A stretch of 64,000 nucleotides of DNA from Octopus vulgaris. Taxonomy: Eukaryota. Positions 12,851 through 27,020 of the stretch are shown in pieces; position 1 is the stretch's first letter; each line of letters opens with the position of its first letter. The stretch covers positions 58,652,001-58,716,000 of the forward strand of contig OX597820.1 in the NCBI GenBank assembly GCA_951406725.2. Direction: 5' to 3'. The notes below the pieces were generated by a model. That model ran no database searches. It was not told the DNA's origin and was given only the letters and a program-made list of their open reading frames with translations. The translations under genes were made by a program, and so were the position numbers.

Positions 12851-13848
12851 TTTTGTGTATCCAACATGTAAATGCAAGTGTTGGTCATATAAATTATTTA
12901 AACTACATTCCGAAGCTTTCCTCATTGTTTTCCTTTGATATCGTCCAACACACCTATATTCATTTGCTTCACCAATACCTTTAGCTTCACATCCCGCTAC
13001 AATCCGTTAATCGTTAATTAACGAAGTTAACATTTTTGTTAACGATTTAACTTTTAAGTTAACTTTGAAAATCATCATCGGACTAATTAACTTCCGTTTC
13101 ATTTAGCTTCTGTTAACTCAAAAATTTCCTAAAAACCGGTAAACTTTTAAAAGTTTCTATTGTTTTCAGATTGTCTTAGCATATTTAATAATGTACGCGT
13201 CATTTTCAGGGTTTTTTTTTTACACACACACATAACAATCTCGCTCGGTTGGGACTACAAGTGCGTTACTTTGACATCATCATTCCATAAAATTTGTTTA
13301 TGGGAAGAAAAATACGGAAAAATATCAATAGATGTGTAAGAAAGAAACGAGGAGGGAGGTTTGAGGATGTGCTAGAAACAACAGCCAGATCTCCCTTAAA
13401 TCAAACATTTTCCTCTGAAATTATTAACAATTTTTTTAAAACCGAAAATGTTTCTCTCGCGGGTTTTTAAGTGCGTGCATGGCCAAAATCGTTTCGAACT
13501 GCGCTGGTGAGGGGTGGCGGGAGTAGAAAAACAAATTTTCAAACCTTTTTTGTTTTCTCGTGAAAATGCTTCCTATCATCCTGAAGACTTTGGTGAAAAA
13601 CATTGGACAAAATCCCAACATATGTGGGCCGTGGTTAATCCCCAGTGTTTGACCCGAGCAAAAAAATGAAGAAAAAAATTGTGTAACAGGTGTAAAACAA
13701 CATGTAGTAAACGAATATGGAAAAAAAAACTGCGTGCTGGCGAACGGGAGTGGTGGAGACGACTCGGAAAATTCACATCGGGTGAATTCCGAGTCCTCTC
13801 ACCACTTCCCCGTTCGTCTACGCAATTTTTTTTTTCTTCATATTCGTT

Positions 13849-13896
<48 letters not shown>

Positions 13897-14294
13897 ACTT
13901 GTTTCAGTCATTTCACTGTGGCCATGCTGGAGCACCGCCTTTAAGTCGAGCAAATCGACCCCAGGACTTTATTCTTTGTAAGCCTAGTACTAATTCTATC
14001 GGGGGTTTTTTTTTTTGCCGAACCGCTAAGTTACGGGGATGTAAACACAGAAGCGATGTTGGGGAGACAAACACTTGGCAAAATTATTAATTAATTTATT
14101 GATTTTTACCCTTTGTATTCAATATTTCTGGCAACATTCGTCAATTTCTTGAAAATAGGATTATAACCCCCGAAATATTGAATAGAAGATAAGTCTACAT
14201 TAATTCACATATTTGTTTTCTTGTGATATACCTTGCATTTGCTTCGCATTGTTTTGACCTTACCCACGATCCTTTATACAATATATATATATAT

Positions 14295-14689
14295 GCGCAG
14301 GAGTGGCTGTGTGGTAAGTAGCTTGCTAACCAACCACATGGTTCCGGGTTCAGTCCCACTGCGTGGCACCTTGGGCAAGTGTCTTCTACTATAGCCCCGG
14401 ACCGACCAAAGCCTTGTGAGTGGATTTGGTAGACGGAAACTGAAAAGAAGCCCGTCGTATATATGTATATATATATATGCGTGTGTGTGTTTGTGTGCCT
14501 GTGTTTGTCCCCCTAGCATTGCTTGACAACCGATGCTGGTGTGTTTATGTCCCCGTTACATAGCGGTTCGGCAAAAGAGACCGATAGCATAAGTACTGGG
14601 CTTACAAAAGAATAAGTCCCAGGGTCGAGTTGCTCGATTAAAAGCGGTGCTCCAGCATGGCCGCAGTCAAATGACTGAAACAAGTAAAA

Positions 14690-14690
<1 letters not shown>
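14295..14690 (+). mobile_element. SINE family 1 (tRNA-derived, internal microsatellite), full-length
   Basis: A-box-like tggctgtgtgg, B-box-like ggttcagtccc, 3' ...cagtcaaatgactgaaacaagtaaaag; many copies in the window. Confidence 0.85.
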
Positions 14691-14744
<54 letters not shown>

Positions 14745-15053
14745 TGTATGTATGTATGTATGTATGTATGTATGTATGTATGTATGTATGTATGTATGTA
14801 TGTATGTATGTATAATTATATTCTTGTTTGTATTTGTAATTGTGTACTATGTTCTCTGGTTTTTTTTTGTCTTTGTTGCCGTACACATTCGCTAGCTTTC
14901 TTACAAAAACGAGTTTGGTCACCCGATGCTATAGAAGACACTTGTTCAAAGTGCCATGCAGTGGGACTGAACCAGGAACCACTTGATTGGGAAATGAACT
15001 TCTTACCACACACACACACACACGTAACTATATACATATTGTGTACCCATGTG

Positions 15054-15085
<32 letters not shown>

Positions 15086-15253
15086 CGAAAGTGAAAGTGT
15101 AAGAGGGGAGAAGAAAATTATTTTTAGTGCGTAATATATATTCAAAATATGTTGTCATACCATTTGTGACTGACGAATTGTTTACGTAAGATATTTCTCG
15201 GAAAAGTGTTTCTTGGAAAACTGATTTTTTTTTTTTTTGAATCTCACTAGAAG

Positions 15254-15358
<105 letters not shown>

Positions 15359-15457
15359 GCTTGTTCTAAGTGTCTAGGCGAGTTCGTATCCGGTTCCGTG
15401 TATTTCTCCATTCACTTTATTTATGTTTACAACGACGACTTGAAAACAAGCTACAGC

Positions 15458-15541
15458 ATGTTTGCTTCGGAATTATTTACCATTTTGACAGTTTTCAATG
15501 CCACCCTGCACCAATATGGATATGAAGCTCACCCATTTGCG
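15458..15541 (+). CDS. MMACHC: MMACHC/CblC-like paralog B, coding exon 1
   Basis: ATG at 15458, MFASELFTILTVFNATLHQYGYEAHPFA then |gtaac; resembles the CblC N-terminus (..TLCPFGFEVYPFQ), with the intron at the homologous phase-0 position. Confidence 0.75.
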
Positions 15542-15548
15542 GTAACAT

Positions 15549-16095
<547 letters not shown>

Positions 16096-16124
16096 ATAAT
16101 AATAATCCTTTTTACGGAAGGCAC

Positions 16125-16710
16125 AAGGCCTTGACATTTTGGGGGCGGGGACCAGTTGATTACACTGGTACTTAATTTATCGACCCCGAAAGGATGAAAG
16201 ACAAAGTCGACCTCGGCGGAATTTTAACTCAGAACGTAACGGCAGACGAAATACTGCTGAGCATTAAGGCGGCGAGCTGGCAGAAACGTTAGCATGCCGG
16301 GCGAAATGCTTTGCGGTATTTCGTCTGCCGCTATGTTCTGAGTTCAAATTCCGCCGAGGTCGACTTTGCTTTTCATCCTTTCGGGGGTCGATTAAATAAG
16401 TACCAGTTGCGCACTGAGGTCGATATAATCGACTTAATCCGTTTGTCTGTCCTTGTTTGTCCTTTCTGTGTTTAGTCCCTTGTGGGTAGTAAAGGAATAG
16501 GTATTTTGTCTGCCGCTACGTTCTGAGTTCAAATTCCGCCGAGGTCGACTTTGCCTTTCATCCTTTCGGGGTCGATAAATTAAGTACCAGCTGCGTCCTG
16601 GGGTCGATATAATCGATTGGTCCCCTCCCCCAAAATGTCGGGCCTTGTGCCAAGAGTGGAAAAGAATACAGCTGCGCATTTCGTCCAGCGTGGTAACGAT
16701 TCTGCCAGCT
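16125..16710. mobile_element. Nested SINE family 2: sense copy (16267-16666) inserted into an antisense copy
   Basis: Antisense body at 16125-16265 resumes at about 16681; aatactgctgagcatt / aatacagctgcgcatt flank the inner copy as a degenerate TSD. Confidence 0.75.
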
Positions 16711-16784
16711 GAGGTTAAATAGTAATTCCGTTTACATTTGTGTTACTGAGATATTTTGGTTAGATTATAGTCATTCTTTCTCTC

Positions 16785-17190
16785 TTTTTTACTTGTTTCA
16801 GTCATTTGACTGCGGCCATGCTGGAGCACCGCCTTTTTTTACTCGAGCAAATCGACCCCGGGACTTATTCTTTGTAAGCCCAGTACTTATTCTATCGGTC
16901 TCTTTTGCCGAACCGCTAAGTGACGGGGACGTAAACACACCAGCATCGGTTGTCAAGCAATGCTAGGGGGACAAACACAGACACACAAACACACACACAC
17001 ACATAAATATATATATATACATATATACGACAGGCTTCTTTCAGTTTCCGTCTACCAAATCCACTCACAAGGCATTGGTCGGCCCGGGGCTATAGCAGAA
17101 GACACTTGCCCAAGATGCCACGCAGTAGGACTGAACCCGGAACCATGTGGTTGGTTAGCAAGCTACTTACCACACAGCCACTCCTGCGCC
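16785..17190 (-). mobile_element. SINE family 1, full-length
   Basis: Reverse complement of the 14295-14690 consensus. Confidence 0.85.
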
Positions 17191-17519
17191 TATATTGGTG
17201 TTACATTACTTTGGTGTTACATCATTGGTGTTACATTACTTTCTATATTCTGTAACTGTCACAATATACTTTTCTAGGCCTGAAATTTTTGCGGGGAGGG
17301 GGCCAGTTTATTAGATCGACTCCAGTACACAACTGGTACTTTATTTATCGACACCGAAAGGACGAAAGGTAAGGTCGACCTCAGCAGAATTTGAACTCAG
17401 AACGTAAAGATAGACGGGTCATAACATGCAAGCATTTCTCATGGCCCCAGTACACTGTTTACAGATGTTTACATTTTTTTATGTTTGCCGTGAATTTTTC
17501 ACGGGTCCAACTAGTTATT

Positions 17520-17561
<42 letters not shown>

Positions 17562-17566
17562 GCTGC

Positions 17567-17611
<45 letters not shown>

Positions 17612-17620
17612 TATTATTAT

Positions 17621-17915
17621 GGCGGCGTGCTGGCAGATTCGTTAGTGCACCGGATGAAATGTTTAGCGGTATTTCGTCGCCGAGGTCGACTTTGTCTTTC
17701 ATCCTTTCGGGGTCGATAAATAAAGTACCAGTTACGCACTGGGGTCGATATAATCGACTTAATCCGTTTGTCTGTCCTTGTTTGTCCCCTCTATGTTAAG
17801 TCCCCTGTGGGTAGTAAAGAAATAGGTATTTCGTCCGTCGCTACGTTCTGAGTTCAAATTCCGCCGAGGTCGAGTTTGCCTTCCATCCTTTCGTGGTCGA
17901 TAAAATAAGTACCAA
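17621..17915 (+). mobile_element. SINE family 2 copy with duplicated core (antisense copy nearby at about 17277-17440)
   Basis: ggcggcgtgctggcagattcgttag... followed by two gtcgactttg..catcctttcg cores. Confidence 0.75.
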
Positions 17916-18140
17916 TAATCGTCGCATCCTCTCTCACAAAATTGCTGCCCACGCCGAACTTCAGCCTTTAGTAGAAAAATGCGGAAATTCCACAGAACGA
18001 AAAAGTTGAAGAGAAGCTATATAAGAAAGAAGGAAAGAAAGAAAAAGAAGGAAAGAAAGAAAGAAAGAAAGAGAAAGAAAGAAATATTTTTATTTTGCCA
18101 ATATATTTCACTCCAGTCACAATAATACATCATATGATTT

Positions 18141-18452
18141 TTTTTATGCGCCCTTTTCAAGTCTAGCCAGGCTCATGGGCCCGGTTTCCTGGTTTCTGTG
18201 GCGTATGTGTTCCCACCAGCTGGACGGGACGCCAGTCCATCGCAGCATTACCCAAGAAACAGGAAGAAAAAGTGAGAGAAAGTTGAGGCCAAAGAGTAAA
18301 ACAGGGTTCACCACCACCCTCTGCCGTAGCCTCTTGAAGCTTTAGGTATTTTCGCTCAATAAACAGAAACAACGCCCGGTCTGGGAATCGAAACCGCGAT
18401 CCTCCGACCGCGAGTCCGCTACCATAACCACTGGGCCATTGCGCCTCCATAA
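18141..18452 (-). mobile_element. SINE family 3 (ggaggcgcaatggcccagtgg...), with TSD catatgattt
   Basis: tRNA-like head on the minus strand; direct repeats at 18131-18140 and 18453-18462. Confidence 0.8.
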
Positions 18453-18634
18453 CATATGATTTCAGCACTTTATATTTTTCTCTTTGTCTCTGCCTCTTAA
18501 ACCAGGCAAATTCCTCCCTTCCTTCATGTCTTTAACATTTTTCTCTATTTCTTCACATTTCCCTCCCCACTCTACAGCACGTCATTAACACTTCCCTCTC
18601 CCACTTTTCTCTCGCTCTTCGCTTCTCTCTTCAA

Positions 18635-19025
18635 AGTGGAGGCGCAATGGCCCAGTGGTTAGGGCAGCGGACTCGCGGTCGTAGGATCGCGGTTTCGATT
18701 CCCAGACCGGGCGTTGTGAGTGTTTATTGAGCGAAATCACCTAAAAGCTTCACGAGGCTCCGGCAGGGGATGGTGGTGATCCCTGCTGTACTCTTTCACC
18801 ACAACTTTCTCTCACTCTTACTTCCTGTTTCTGTTGTACCTGTATTTCAAAGGGCCGGCCTTGTCACTCTCTGTGTCACGCTGAATATCCCCGAGAACTA
18901 CGTTAAGGGTGCACGTGTCTGTGGAGTGCTCAGCCATTTACACGTTAATTTCACGAGCAGGCTGTTCCGTTGATTCGGATCAACCGGAACCCTCGTCGTC
19001 GTAACCGACGGAGTGCTTCCATCCA
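18635..19025 (+). mobile_element. SINE family 3, full-length, 16-bp TSD
   Basis: A box tggcccagtgg, B-box-like gtttcgattccc; TSD tcgcttctctcttcaa at 18619-18634 and 19026-19041. Confidence 0.88.
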
Positions 19026-19483
19026 TCGCTTCTCTCTTCAACTAACTGTGTGATGCATTTGGCCTTAGTGTTTTATTAATACATCTTCTCTACTCACAGA
19101 CACACATTTTTCTCCGATTCCACCAGGGCCAGATTTAAACTATGGGGGTCTCAGTGCACTTCAAGTTCGGTGGGCCCCTTATACACAAAAATCAAAATCA
19201 ATACTACACAAGAAGAGTGGACCCTACGCGCGCACCCGCGCTAATCAGTAGACGGACGCGTGCACACGCACAAGTCAGTGGCAATCGCAAAAAAAAAAAA
19301 AAAACCCTTCACGTTTGTAAATATGTGTAAACTGTAAATTGGGGAAGGGGATTTAGTGTACTCCCATCATACTCTTGAATCTGCGTTCGTTCCTGGTTTA
19401 ATATACTTTCTGATAAGTGAGAGTAGAGTGTAAAGGAGGAACGATCATTCACAAACACTAAAAATCCTATTTTGTCTTCTCTT

Positions 19484-19562
<79 letters not shown>

Positions 19563-19575
19563 GTTTATCTATCTA

Positions 19576-19957
19576 TGTGGCAGAGGCGCAACAGGGCAAC
19601 AAAGCCACCATTCGGTCTCTGGTAGATGAACAGGGGCGCGAATTGCTCGAGCCAAGTCAAATGTGTGAGGCCTTTCAGCAGCATTTTGCCCGACTGTTCG
19701 GGACGAGTGGCGGGCAAGAACGTATGGTGGACTTCAGTGCCTACCTACAGAGCCTACCACGACTCTCGACAAGAGAAGCAGGGCGCTGCGAAGGTGCCAT
19801 CACGGCGGTGGGAGTGCAGGACGCGATGGCAGAATGCTCGAGGGACAAATCGCCGGGTTTGGATGGTCTACCCTACGAGCTTTACAGCTGTATGCCAGAC
19901 TTGTTTGGAGACGTCTTGGCAGCGGTGTTCTGCAACTGGCAGCAAAATGGGAACATT
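19576..19957 (+). mobile_element. Tx1/L1-like LINE ORF2 fragment (truncated by deletion); full counterpart at 49349-51181
   Basis: ...KSPGLDGLPYELY... pre-RT motif; begins directly after (TATC)n at 19484-19575. Confidence 0.85.
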
Positions 19958-20234
19958 TATTTTTTACTTCCTCTTTATGACCTGTACTTATGTAAGAACT
20001 CAATCGTTGTTTGCTTATTTATACTTTTATTCTATTAATAATGTATCTTTTCAAATGATAAGCAGACTATATCCAATCGTCATTAGCCAGCTATAACACA
20101 AAAACCCTTAGATTTCAGTTCAAGTTCGAGTTTTAGGCAGCAAACAACTTGAGCATTAATTGCATATACCTATTACTTCTTCTAACGAGATATTACCTGA
20201 ATTCTATATATATATATATTGTTATTTTATCCAG

Positions 20235-20441
20235 GTGAGATGCTACAACGATATTAAATCAATGAAACCCTCGTTCCGTCTGAAATACAGTCGAAATACA
20301 CTGGCCCTAACTGTTGTTGCAGCACCAGATATGTTCGAGAAAGCATTGATTCCATGTATTTGTAAATCAAATGTTACCGTTCTCCTAGACGGAGACCCGA
20401 CTGATAACTGTAACCAAAAATATTTCAAGAAATTCTTCGCT
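20235..20441 (+). CDS. MMACHC: MMACHC/CblC-like paralog B, exon 2
   Basis: ccag| ... |gtaagt; 69 codons VRCYNDIKSMKPSFRLKYSRNTLALTVVAAPDMFEKALIP...DPTDNC..., aligning to CblC VAWYN...FHL...TLAFLVLSTPAMFDRALKP...DPVDQC. Confidence 0.85.
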
Positions 20442-23428
20442 GTAAGTCTCTAAATATTTCACATTTACGATTAGTGCTCTGTTCATCGGTGGGGTGTTTA
20501 GACTGAAACCAATTCATTGATTAAAATCAGTTAACTTTACAAAAAGCAGCATGAACGTCACAATTTTCCCATTTTGTTTTTCCATAAAAGTTTATTATGT
20601 ATTTGCTGGACCTTTAGAAACAGCAGGGGTATCTCGCTTAAGCCTGCTTGTCCAAAGCATTTTCATAAATTTGTCCTAAATGTCCATGTTTGTTTCCAGA
20701 CTTTTAGTTAGCCCTTGAGTAATAGCAATCTTTCGTTTCAATAATTCCAAGTTCCTCTAACGGTTGAAAAGAATTGGGAATGTGTACCAAGTCTGATGCA
20801 GGACACCGGCAAAATATATCACATATGATAGACAAAACTGGCAAAAGGTTAAATAATACTCAATTGTGTTTTTAGAAAAGCGTATCTGATAGTATGTTCT
20901 TATGCTGACATTATAGTCACAGCTAGAATGCCCTTAATCATATAAAAGGGCTAACTACAACTACATTAAAGTTTGATAAAAAGGAAGCATATACTTGGTC
21001 ACTCGACCTGTCAGAAATAGTAACCAAATTTCCATAAATTTACAACCTACCATCAAAATAGTGGAGGGACACTGGATCAGGGTGATCTAGATATATTGTT
21101 TCTGAGAAAAGAATTGACCGAGATGCTCACATCTGGAGTATAATTCGGCTCAATCAAGACTGAACTGACGCAAGAACCAAAAAAAAAACGACTCATAGAT
21201 AATTCTATATTTCCTTTGCCAATATCTGTACAGTTTAGTCTAAACACCAATTTTTTTACAACCAATCCTTCTTTCCCAAAATTTCAGTCTTTTGGCTCTT
21301 TCTTTCATGCTCAGACTATGCAGGTTATATAATAGAGACACGAAGCAGTGCTGTGGAATCAACAAACTTTCAGATTAGTCCAAATATGTTTGAAACATAT
21401 TTGACTGGTAAAAAGGCCTTTTCCACTACATTTTGCCATGGAGAAAAATTCTTGTTTTAGGCAACACCAAGTCATTTCAGAGTTGTCGTACTTGGTATCC
21501 AGTATTGACAATAGTTAAGATGCTTGAAATTCATTCATCGATCCTGTTGCTTAAAGTGAGAATTTTCTCCATGGTAAACCACTGTGAAAATGGCCTTTTT
21601 TTATATGGCAAATATATCCCAAATATATTTGAAGTTATCTCAAAGTGTGTTTATCTATGCAGGAATTTGAGCTAAACTTAAACTGCACTAATCCTCTTCA
21701 TCTGGGCATTCTAAATGAGCATTGCCTCACGTTCCATTGGCTTTCATAGAATAACGATAAATGTAATACCGGTTATAATGTGCAGTCAAAGACTTCTTCG
21801 TAAATTGTAATCTTCGGGCCAAGAACGAAATCGTCTGTTTTATATCATGATAGAGCAGTGGAGTTGACAAATACGTAGATTGTTAGACGAATGTGTTTAT
21901 ATACGTTTCTTAGGGTTCTACGTTCAAATTCCACCGAGGCCACTTTACACTTCTTCCAACCAGGAGCAGTGAAATAAGTGCCAGGGACATTTAATATACA
22001 CATATTTAATATATGCGTATATGTTTGGGAGGATTTATTCTTTTATTTGCTTCAGTCATTTGACTGCGGCCATGCTGGAGCACCGCCTTTAGTCGAACAA
22101 ATGACCCCAGGACTTATTCTTCGAAAGCCTGGCACTTATTCTATCGGTCTATTTTGCCGAACCGCTATTGTTACGTGGACATAAACATACCAACATCGGT
22201 TGTCAAGCGATGGTGGGGAGACAAACACAGACACACAAATACATACATACATATACATATATATATTGGCATCCTTTCTGTCTCGGGAGACAATGGAGTT
22301 GCGCATTTTTTTTTTTTTTTTTTGTAGTCTAGTCCGGCTTTTATATTTCATGTCCTGGTACATTTCCTGCTGTGGCTGTGTAGTCCTATCCTGGACAAAC
22401 ACTCCCTCTGGCAGGTATATATATATATCGGTTGTCAAGCGATGGTGGGGAGACAAACACAGACACACAAATACATACATACATACATACATACATACAT
22501 ACATACATACATACATACATACATACACACACACACATATAAAGAAATTTGTGGGGAAAAAATGCTTTTTTTCGGAAGGGGTGGGGAGAGGACTGTCGGA
22601 AAGTTCACACGATCTGTTTTATTCACTCTTAACTTTCAGGATCTAGTTTAGCGCCCGGTCACCAAAACGAAAAAAAAAAAAAAAAAAACAGTCTATAGGA
22701 GTAAAAAAAAAATGTGTAGAAAACGAATATGAAAACAATAAATTTGCGCAAACGAATGTGGAAAGAGGAAATGACGGAAATTGGGGTGGGGGGTAATTTA
22801 GAAATGTCGATTTTTGCCAATGTTTTTGCAGATTCGTATTCCCTCGAGAAGTGGGGTTTGTGACGAAAAAAAAAAAAATTTAAGGGTGGTGGTGAGGGGG
22901 GGGGGGCGAAGTCTGGCCGTAATGTATTATATTACACACTTTTACACTTTTACACTCTTTTGCCGAACCGCTAAGTGACGGCGAGGTAAACACACCAGCA
23001 TCGGTTGTCAAGGGGGACAAACACAGACACACAAACATACACACATATAAATATATATACATATATACGACGGGCTTCTTTCAGTTTCCGTCTACCAAAT
23101 CCACTCACAAGGCTTTGGTCGGCCCTAGGCTATAGTAGAAGACACTTGCCCAAGATGCCACGCAGTGGGACTGAACCCAGAACGATGTGGTTGGTAAGCT
23201 ACTTACCACACAGCCACTCCTGCGCCTGAATATATGTTACACAAATGTATGCTTCATAATACCGTTTTAATGATATTATTTAATATGTAATTTCCGCATC
23301 CTATATATTACACAGTTGTCTGTCACAACGATGCTTGCGACACCCAATTACACACGCTCATGTGAATCCCTCTTCACTTCGCTGTAGATTTGAACTCTTT
23401 CCTATTTGAATTTTTTGTTTCAATACAG

Positions 23429-23578
23429 ATATATCCTGAGACTGATTTCCTGTCTAGTTACAAGATGCTGGGCCCCGGACATCCTCTTGTTTTATCACAG
23501 ACAGCAGCACACGTGTCGGGGGCCGCATATTACTATCAGCGAAGAGATGTCCCAAGGGATACCTGGCCTGCAAATAAG
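23429..23578 (+). CDS. MMACHC: MMACHC/CblC-like paralog B, exon 3
   Basis: tacag| ... |gtcagt; IYPETDFLSSYKMLGPGHPLVLSQTAAHVSGAAYYYQRRDVPRDTWPANK, 42/50 aa identical to copy A exon 3. Confidence 0.9.
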
Positions 23579-24053
23579 GTCAGTAAGGTTTATCAAATAT
23601 ACAATAATTTAACATTTCTTATTGTCTGCTTTATTAAGCTTTAATGTTGTTGCTACTGATGCTGTAGCTGATGCTGTTTATGTTGTTGTTGTTGTTGTGT
23701 GAGTGGTGGTGTTACTACTGTCGTAATTAATGCAGCTGAAATTACTGGCTACTTTTTGCTGTTGTACTTGATTCTGCAATTTCACAGTCGATCTTGTTGT
23801 TTTAGATGATGGGGATGGTGGTGGAAATAACAGTGGCTGCAGTTTTGGCGGCGGCGATGGTGGCGGCGGCGACGGTGGTGACGGTGGTGGCGGCGGTGAT
23901 GATGGTGTTGTAATTCTTTTGTCTGCTGCTCTTACTAGCTGTTCTTCTGGCTGCTGTTGGTTTTCTTCCCAATGCAACAGCTGTTGATCTCAGTTGTTGC
24001 TGTTGCTGTTGCTAATGTTGCATTGTTTGTTTTGTTGTGGTTCTTGATAGTAC

Positions 24054-24600
24054 TGTAGCGTGCCAGGAAAGTTATTTTTATTGTTGTGTCGTAGAAACCT
24101 TTTGCTATGGTATACGCCAGCCAATCAGGGCTGGGCGCCTATGTATACTAGAGGCAGTTCTGTGCCCATGAAGAAAAGTGGGGAGTTTTAAGCGGTTGAC
24201 GAAAAGATGGCGGACCAGCAACATCCCTCTTTCAACCTGGAACAGCTCTTCGTTTGTCACCACCAACTTCTCGCAGCTAACTTTGAGTTATATCGACTCT
24301 CGACTTGTCACCTCTTGAACAACCTATTTCATTTATTCTCACTTCGCTCTGCGAAATTCTGGATGACTTCAGCCACAACTCTGCCTCATAATGAACGGTA
24401 TATTTTCGTTTAAGCAAGCCCCGTTCCTATTCGCTTGTAATGACTTCCAACTTAATCTATTGTTCAAAACGTGTTATAATGCTTTCCCTGATTCACACAC
24501 ACACACAGGCTACACTCATTTTACTCGTCAGCTCATGTAATAATTTAATAAATTAAATTATTTGTTTAAAAAATGCCTTCTGATATTCTATTACACATAC
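24054..24600. mobile_element. Possible solo LTR in B intron 3
   Basis: Begins TGTAGCG, contains ccaatca and aagatggcgg motifs and a later aataaa, and has a candidate end at ttaca; no TSD confirmed. Confidence 0.25.
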
Positions 24601-24800
24601 TTCTCAAAAGCACAATTACCAGACTTTTCCGCGAACACTTTCACGCTTTAAACTAGTGACCATTCTCACTAAAGTACAATACGTTGTTGGTGCTCTTATT
24701 CACAGTAGTGTATGCTTCTGTTGCATACATGTTAAAAGTATCCTATGTTAGACTTAAAGGTTATAAGTTTGAACCCAGTTGAGCAGAGCGTGCAGTCCAA

Positions 24801-24888
<88 letters not shown>

Positions 24889-26631
24889 AAACACATGCAA
24901 ACACAAACACACAAACATACACAAACACACAAACACCACACCACACAAAAAATTAGAAAAGTGAGAGAGAGCGATGTATAAATGCCATCTCTGGGAAGGA
25001 CATAATGGCGGACTGTTTGTTTCCTCTCTTTGCAACGTCCCGCTGTCAAAGGGAAAAAATTCGTATGTTGTTGAATGTATGCTTTTGTTCTTATTTTACA
25101 TTCTAGATGCACGAAACCAAGGCCTAAAACCTCCGAGCTGGGAGCTCTAACGACTGTGTGATTTGTTGGCCTTAATTGATTCAGTAATAGATTTTTAAAT
25201 AAAGTCCGGTATTTAGGGCATTAAGACAGTCCAGTACAGGAAACCTGAACGCAATCCTGTATTGGGAACACTAACACAGTTCGACATTTTGAACCGTGAC
25301 ATAAGAGAGTCCAGTATTCGTATTAACAAACCAGTCTAATATTGAGAGGTTTAAATACTAGAGCCCTAATATAATCCAATATTAGTATAACCATTGTCTG
25401 ACATCTCCTGTTACAAGGTTCGAGTTATGCTATGAATTTTTTCCCTTTACTGAAACCTCTCGCGGTCGCTTTACTTGCTAGAAATAGCAACCCAAACATT
25501 TTAAAATCAGATCCTAATGCTGAATGTTCAAGAACTAAATGAAGGGTGGATTTTCAATCCCGAGTTCATCCTGATTCCAAAAAGGTATAACATATTTATG
25601 TAGATAAAATGTAGACTGAGCTACAAGGGTCCCAGACGAAGAGACAGAATTTCGCTTTTATTAATGTCTCTCTCTCTTTTTCCCCCTCCCTCCTCTCTCT
25701 CTTTCTCCTTCCTTCTCTCTCTCTCTTCCAATATTTTAGATGTGGTGGTGGTGGTGGTGGTAGTGGTGGTGATGATGGTGTGTGTTTGTGTGAGTGTGAG
25801 TGCGAGTGCGTGCGTGCGTGTGCGCTCTGCTAAATTGGGTTCAATGTCATAACCCTTATGTCTGACATAGGATGTTTTTAACATGTATGCCACAGATTTG
25901 CATAACGTATTGTGAAGTGATTCAGAATGAAATGGATTTAGTTTGGCAATAAGTCGAGAAGTGGTTCCTAATGCACCCTCCCTGCATCTTTCCACTGCCC
26001 CTTTGGGGCAATAATGGAGTGGCCAAAAGATGGATGTAAAAAAAAAGCCCCAAAATAATGGGTTCATTAGGTTAAGTTTTATTTGTGAAATACAGTGGCT
26101 TTGAATTTACTTCAAAAAGAGGTCTATGTTTGTGGTGGTGAGTGGCGGGGATAGAGCACCAGGAATTTGGCCTGGGTGCCAAGGGGACGGCAGCCTGAAA
26201 AAGTTTCAGAACCACTAGTCTAAAGTAGGGGTACTATTTATGGAGAATTAATAAATTCTGTTGCATTCATTGTTAGAAGAGGAAAGACATTGTTCATACC
26301 TCTTCACACAATCTGTAAGTCTATTTGAGGGGGACAGTATGAAACCATGAGTGATGATTAGCTGAAGTGGGAGACAGCCTCTCAGGATATATCTTGTTTT
26401 CTTTAGACAGTAAAGATAGTCCAAATACGTGCAACAGAAAGGACTATGCCAAAGACAGACAAGGGTCAGGTGGTAGCATTAAACTGAACAACAGTTAAGT
26501 CTACCATCCAAACTGGATTCGACGTGAGAATACTCAGCCTTCTATTGATCAGTTTAAGTCACGTGAATGCTTCAGCTAGCCAGCGAATGCAGTTCTTTTA
26601 TCATTTGCTGCATGTGGTAGAAAATAAACTC

Positions 26632-27020
26632 TTTTACTCTTTTACTCTTTTACTTGTTTCAGTCATTTGACTGTGGTCATGCTGGAGCACTGCCTTTGGT
26701 CGAGCAAATCAACCCCAGGACGGAAACACTCTAGCATCGGTTGTTAAGCGATGTTAGGGGGGGGGGGGGGGCAAACACAGACTCACAAACATACACACAC
26801 ACGCACACACACACACACACATATATATATGTACACATATATACGACGGGCTTCTTTCAGTTTCTGTCTACCAAATCCACTCAGAAGGCTTTGGTTGGCC
26901 CAAAGACACTTGCCCAACACTAGTTGAAGACACTTGCCCAAGGTGCCACGCAGTGGGACTGAACCAAGAACCATGTGGTTGGTAAGCAAGCTACTTACCA
27001 CACAGCCACTCCTACGCCTA
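26632..27020 (-). mobile_element. SINE family 1 (mirror at about 42755-43092)
   Basis: Consensus match. Confidence 0.8.

Larger units (their letters stand above)
2730..13717 (+). repeat. Left arm, block 1 of large inverted duplication (mirror at about 64000-51335)
   Basis: Reverse-complement near-identity throughout, e.g. ORFs 5690..5938(+) = 60697..60945(-), 8290..8631(-) ~ 55386..55727(+), 9777..10064(+) ~ 53958..54245(-). Confidence 0.95.

Noticed and set aside
14295-14370. tRNA-like sequence with A and B boxes (also 18638-18712)
   Set aside because: Heads of tRNA-derived SINEs continuing into SINE bodies, some with TSDs; not tRNA genes.
23678-23977. Proline-rich 99-aa ORF on the minus strand
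   Set aside because: Derived from degenerate GGT/GGC/GTT trinucleotide repeats in B intron 3.
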